DNA of 57,544 bases, counting the filler, from Squatina squatina (taxonomy: Eukaryota), in assembly GCA_031763465.1 (NCBI GenBank). It is 3 parts of 3 records of this genome, joined end to end, with 100 filler letters (N's around TTAATTAATTAA, not from the genome) between each part and the next. Parts side by side here need not be neighbours in the genome. Positions count along the whole stretch, not along the records: positions 42,215 to 57,544 come from JARFOE010000115.1; 2 more parts are not named here. One strand, written 5' to 3'. A program made the position numbers and the translations under genes. The stretch's first letter is position 1; the number at the start of each line of letters is the position of its first letter. The notes beneath the pieces were generated by a model. It did not search any database. It was not told the DNA's origin and saw only the letters and a list, made by a program, of their open reading frames with translations. Positions 52,744 through 57,544 of the stretch are shown here, in pieces.

Positions 52744-53534
52744 TAGTGTGGAACTGTAACACTGTAGGACTGATTACCCAACTACTTGTGAAGTTCCACA
52801 CTGGCATCTACATGTTTGAGGAAGTTTATAGCTGTAGAAAGGGGTTAGCTTACTTTTTGCCATTTCATTGTTAAGCATTGAGAAGCTGTAGAAATGGGAA
52901 AATAACTTGCAATTAGATTTTGGGTTCAAGGACATATCATGGTTCTGTACCCAAGGCTAACTTGAATTTTTCCTTACTTGTCACCAATGCATCACTTTCA
53001 GGGGTTTCATTTCCTGTGGATGCTGTTTTTAGCACAATGGTTAACGCGATCATGTTAAATTGCATGGTTTCAAATAATCATTAGCCCAATTAATATAAAT
53101 GGGTTAACGATTGCTTTATAATACAATTGCAGATAGAAATTACCAAGAAGTGAACATGTTTACCAGTTTGCTAAATGAGTGCACAGTGCATATGGTTTGA
53201 TTACTTAAATTTCAGAACTGCAGAGACAATCAAAAGAAATAAAAGAGGGAAAGGGAAGAATAAACTAATGGTAAAGGAACAATAAAGAGAGTGTAGGAGA
53301 AAAAGAAACAAACATTACAGCAATCTGTGGCTCTCTGGGAATCTCCTTGTGCTTTATCAGAAGTGGTTGCACTGTAGTAACTGTGTGCTAATAGTGCAAA
53401 GGTTGTAAATTGGCTTCCCTCAGGAGTCAGAAATCATTTTCAGAGAGCTGTTAATCAGCACATTGCATCTGAAGCAGATTGAAGCTGCTGTTCCCCGAGG
53501 TTCTGCATTAAGTCTACTTTTATTCATTATTTAC

Positions 53535-53880
53535 AGAGCCTAGGTCAGACCCTATCTAGAGGACTGTGTTCAGTTTTGGGCACTGGACCTCAGGAAAGAT
53601 AAATTGTCTTTGGAGGGGCGACAGCACAGATTCACCAGAATCATACTGGGGTTTAAATGGTTAAATTACCAGGGCAGGTTGCATAAACCTGGTTTGCATT
53701 CCCTTGAGTTTAGAAGGTTTAGTAGTGATCTAATTGAGGTGTTTCAAATGGTAGAGGGATTTGATAGGGTAGATACAGAGAATCAAATTCCTCTGATGGG
53801 GATTTCCGTAACAAGGATGCATTACTTTAAAATTAGAGCCAAGCCATTCAGGAGATAAATCAGGAAGCAATTTTTAAAAC
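53535..53880 (+). mobile_element. CR1 LINE 3' fragment
   Basis: LEGRQHRFTRII...LHSLEFRRFSSDLIEVFQM. Confidence 0.8.
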
Positions 53881-53944
53881 AGAATACTTTTTTCACACAG
53901 AGCAGAGGAGAGTTCCCCCCACCCGCTGGCCCCTCCCCCACCCC

Positions 53945-54155
53945 CCAGTGTCCTGACCAATATTTATCCCTCAACCAATATCACTAAAACGGATTATCTG
54001 GACATAATCACATTGCTGTTTGTGGGAACTTGCTGCGTGCAATATTGGTTGCTGCGTTTCCTACATTACAACAGTGACTACACTTCAAATGACTTCATTG
54101 GTGGTAAAGCGCTTTGGGACGCCTTGAGGTTGGGAAATATAAATGCAAGTTCTTC
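53945..54155 (+). repeat. DeuSINE (SacSINE1-like) SINE, 3' half
   Basis: Same core as the other copies. Confidence 0.7.
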
Positions 54156-54462
54156 TTCTCCATACCATGACTGTTCTTCCATGAAACTAAGTTGTGATAC
54201 TCATATTAACTGTCTGAAATGTCTAAAATTGGACATTTGTTAAAAAGATCATGGCCCTGAAATTGCGATCGGAGGCTTCCTACGTGCGGTTGCCTTCGAT
54301 GGCAATTATTTCTACGCACTTACCTTAAGGACCTGGATCCATGCAGGTTTGCGATATCTACTNNNNNNNNNNNNNNNNNNNNNNNNNNNNNNNNNNNNNN
54401 NNNNNNNNNNNNNNNNNNNNNNNNNNNNNNNNNNNNNNNNNNNNNNNNNNNNNNNNNNNNNN

Positions 54463-54877
54463 TTAAGGGCAGGTCCTCCAAGCCTGCTCCACCATTCAGT
54501 AGGATCATGGTTGATCTTTGACCTCAACTCCACAGTCCTGCCCAATCCCCACATCCTTTCATTCCCCAAGAGCCAAAACTCTATCGATCTCTGTCTTGAA
54601 TATCCTCAATGACTGAGCCTCCACAGCCCCCTGGGATAGAGAATCCCAAAGATTCACCACTCTCTGAGTGAAGAAATTCCTTCTCGCCTTAGTCTTAAGT
54701 GGCCGACCCCTTATCCTGAGACTCGGACCCCTGGTTCGAGACTCTCCAGCCAGGGGGAAACAACCTCCCAGCATCGACCCTGTCAGTCCTTCTCAGAATC
54801 CTGTATGTTTCAATGAGATCACCTCTCATCCTTCTAAACTCCAGAGCGTATAGGACCAATCTACTCAATCTCTCATC
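54463..54877 (-). mobile_element. CR1 LINE 3' fragment
   Basis: LEFRRMRGDLIETYRIL and RRNFFTQRVVNLWDSL in two frames. Confidence 0.88.
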
Positions 54878-55222
54878 TGTTGTAATGTGGGAATCGCAGC
54901 AGTCAATTGGCGCACAGCAAGCTCCCATAAACAGCAATGTGACAATAAGCAGATAATCTGTTTCAGTGATGACTATTGAGGGATAAATATTGGCCAGGAC
55001 ACCAGGGATAACTCCTCTGCTCTTCTTCGAAACACTGCCATGCGATCTTTTATGCCCACATGAGAGAGCCGACAGGCCCGTGGTTTAATGTCTGTTCCAA
55101 AAGATGGCACCTTTGACAGTGCAGCACTCCCTCAGTACTGTCTGCCGAGATGTTTGTGCTCAAGGTTCTGGAGTGAGATGTTAAACCCACAAACTTCTGA
55201 CCCAGTGAGCCACAGCTGACAC
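54878..55222 (-). repeat. DeuSINE (SacSINE1-like) SINE, 5' and central part
   Basis: Same core, plus the cagtgcagcactccctcagtactg segment also seen at 25040 and, in part, at 21670. Confidence 0.7.
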
Positions 55223-55470
55223 TAATGCAAGGTGCTTTAGACAAAGCGATACAGATAGTGAGGGCAGCACGAATTGTAAAGAAGCAGCTTCAGGATTTGT
55301 GCAGTGTGAAAAATGGAATCAAAGAGGCATCATTCAGGGATGTGGTTAGGAAATATTCAAGTGGTGAATCTGAAGCGCTTTCTGTCAAAGTGAGAAAGGA
55401 GCAGATTGTATTGAGCGTAGACTCAAACGCTGACCAAAGTTTGGCATGAAACGTACCAAATCTAACTGTC

Positions 55471-56218
55471 AGGAGGGGCAATATAAACTAAATGATACAG
55501 CACGAACAGAGAGACCCGGGGTTATGTGTGCACTAATCGTTGAAGGTGTTGGGGCAGATTGAGAAAGCAGTTTAAAAAGGTTTACAGGATCCTGGGCTTC
55601 ATAAATAGAGGCAGAGAGCACAAAAGTGTGGAAATTATGATGAGCCTGTATAAAACACTGGTTCGGCTTCAACTGAAGCACTGTGTCCAATCTTGGACTT
55701 TCGGAGGGATGTGAAGGCCTTAGAGAGGGTGCAGAAAAGATTTACGAGAATGGTCCCAGGGATGAGGGACTTCAGTTACGTGGATAGACTGGAGAAGCTG
55801 GGGTTGTTCTCCTTGGAGCAGAGAAGGTTGAGAGGAGATTTGATCGAGGTGTTCAAAATCATGAGGGGTCTGGACAGAGTAGATCGAGAGAAACTGTTCC
55901 CATTGGCGGAAGGGTCGAGAACCAGAGGACACAGATTGAAGGTGATTGGCAAAGGAACCAATGGCGACATGAGGAAAAACTTTATTACACAGCGAGTGGT
56001 TAGGATCTGGAATGCACTGCCTGAGAGGGTGGTGGAGGCAGACTCAATCACTGCTTTCAAAAGGGAGTTGGATAATTACCGGAAGGAAAAATAAGTTGCA
56101 GGGCTACGGGGAAAGGACGGGGGGAGTGGGACTTGCTGAATTGCTCTTGCAGAGAGCTGGCATGGGCTCGACGGGCCGAATGGCCTTCTTCCGTGCTGTA
56201 ACCATTACGATTCTATGA
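55471..56218 (+). mobile_element. CR1 LINE 3' end, relatively young
   Basis: DVKALERVQKRFTRMVPGMRDFSYVDRLEKLGLFSLEQRRLRGDLIEVFKIMRG...TRGH...FITQRVVRIWNALP, followed by the CR1 3' tail gggccgaatggcct...ctgt...attctatga. Confidence 0.93.
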
Positions 56219-56805
56219 TAATGGCTTAAGTCTCTTAAAGTTGAACACTGAATCAAATACATTAAAATGATTACATCGAGGTTTATAATTAAAAACAAAT
56301 GATACTTTTCACTATAGATAATCTTTAACACCCTGGTCTTGGCAATGCCTGATAAAGTTTGTTCCAAAATAAAGAAACGTAACAATCTACAAATATTCTT
56401 CCCAATCATGTAGCCAAGTTCATTCAAAGTGTAGCGTTTATGAGCATCATTGTCAGATGCCTAGCAGGGTCCACACTGCAGGTGAATATGACCTACTCTT
56501 CAACCTGACGTTTATATAGTGCCGTTCACATCCTCAGGATTTCTCACAGTGCTTTACAGCCACTTTTGAAGCGCATTCACTGTCGGAATGCAGGAAAGTA
56601 ACTGCATAACAAAGCATCACATTTTTTTCTCATTCAGCTTCTGTGAAATCCATAAATACAGGTTAGTAGAAGGCTGGGAGTGAGCTACATGGCTACGATT
56701 CAATCAAGAGTGTCCAATGACTTCATAAACATGGGAGAGTGAAGTTAGAGTAATTTATAAATGTCAGTGGAGCTCCTGAGGTTTAACTACAACCACGCAA
56801 CTCAC

Positions 56806-56936
56806 TGCGAACTATATGTTTTTGCATGTAATGTTTACTGAATAGTGAAGACAAAGCTTGCTTTCTGTTAATCCTTCTGTTGTGCAGTAGTTGTGCAGCG
56901 TGTGGCTGCTTGTACCCATGCATTGTGCCACAGCAC
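56806..56936 (-). CDS. Candidate 131-nt exon of an unidentified gene
   Basis: Strong acceptor ttctccttttctcctgcactgcAG and strong donor A|GTGAGT. One open frame: CCGTMHGYKQPHAAQLLHNRRINRKQALSSLFSKHYMQKHIVR. Not recognised. Confidence 0.35.
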
Positions 56937-57544
56937 CTGCAGTGCAGGAGAAAAGGAGAACACTGGGAAAACAATAAAAATACAGTTTTCTGCAAATCAT
57001 TATTTGCAGAAGTTTTTAAATGATGAAACTTGAATGATTTGCAGAAAAAAATTATATTATCCCTTGTCTTTGTCAGTTCTGGTACACGCATCCCTGTTCC
57101 ATACAAGTCTGATTCGATGCAACTTTTTGTATCCATCCCACTTATTGCATATGACAGGATTGCACTGTGTATTTAAATGTCAGGTCAGATTCCAGGTGGA
57201 TATGTCTTTCAGTCTGTGTGATTATATTTCATTTAAAATCACAAATAGAAGATGAAAAAGCTATTACAGTAATCCGTAAAGTCATCTCTGAGCTTCCAAC
57301 ATCCAACTTGATCTTTGTCAGGATAAAAGCTGTTAACAGGAAAAGTTAGAACTTCTAAATCCAGCAAGAATCTGAATAAATGATATTAAAAAAACACAGC
57401 AATCCCTCACCCTAATACTGTCTCGTATATCACTGCTCTGATAAAGCAGACATTGTCTATGGCTTTCATTCCCTATCTCATCTGTCTTTACTTTTTAAGG
57501 TTATACTCCATTTTTAAAAGCTATTTTCTTGCCCCTCTTCCCCC

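Noticed and set aside
57167-57349. Peptide IEDEKAITVIRKVISELPTSNL, vaguely RhoGAP-like
   Set aside because: No convincing splice sites or family motif.

Overview
Gappy vertebrate genomic scaffold, most likely from a shark: it carries SacSINE1/DeuSINE-type SINEs, CR1/L2/RTE LINE fragments and abundant Harbinger-type elements. It is eukaryotic, so most entries in the ORF track are spurious or read through N gaps. Two 100-bp spacers (44 N + TTAATTAATTAA + 44 N, at 28613-28712 and 42115-42214) divide the window into three probably unrelated blocks. Block 1 (1-28612, + strand) holds a PAFAH2 exon, an out-of-context POP1 terminal exon, stathmin-1 exons, a processed stathmin copy, two PDIK1L exons and FAM110D; apart from POP1 these are human 1p36.11 neighbours. 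Block 2 (28713-42114) holds two consecutive BRIP1/FANCJ exons on the - strand, one with a GC splice donor. Block 3 (42215-57544) is mostly intronic or repetitive, with unassigned candidate exons on the - strand and Harbinger Myb/SANT remnants. I cannot support a clearly new biological system. The best leads are a second functional STMN1 paralogue plus its retrocopy, minimal hammerhead-ribozyme motifs in Penelope-like remnants, a diverse Harbinger/MITE family, and unassigned candidate exons. Gene calls rest on recalled human protein sequences; no database searches were run.
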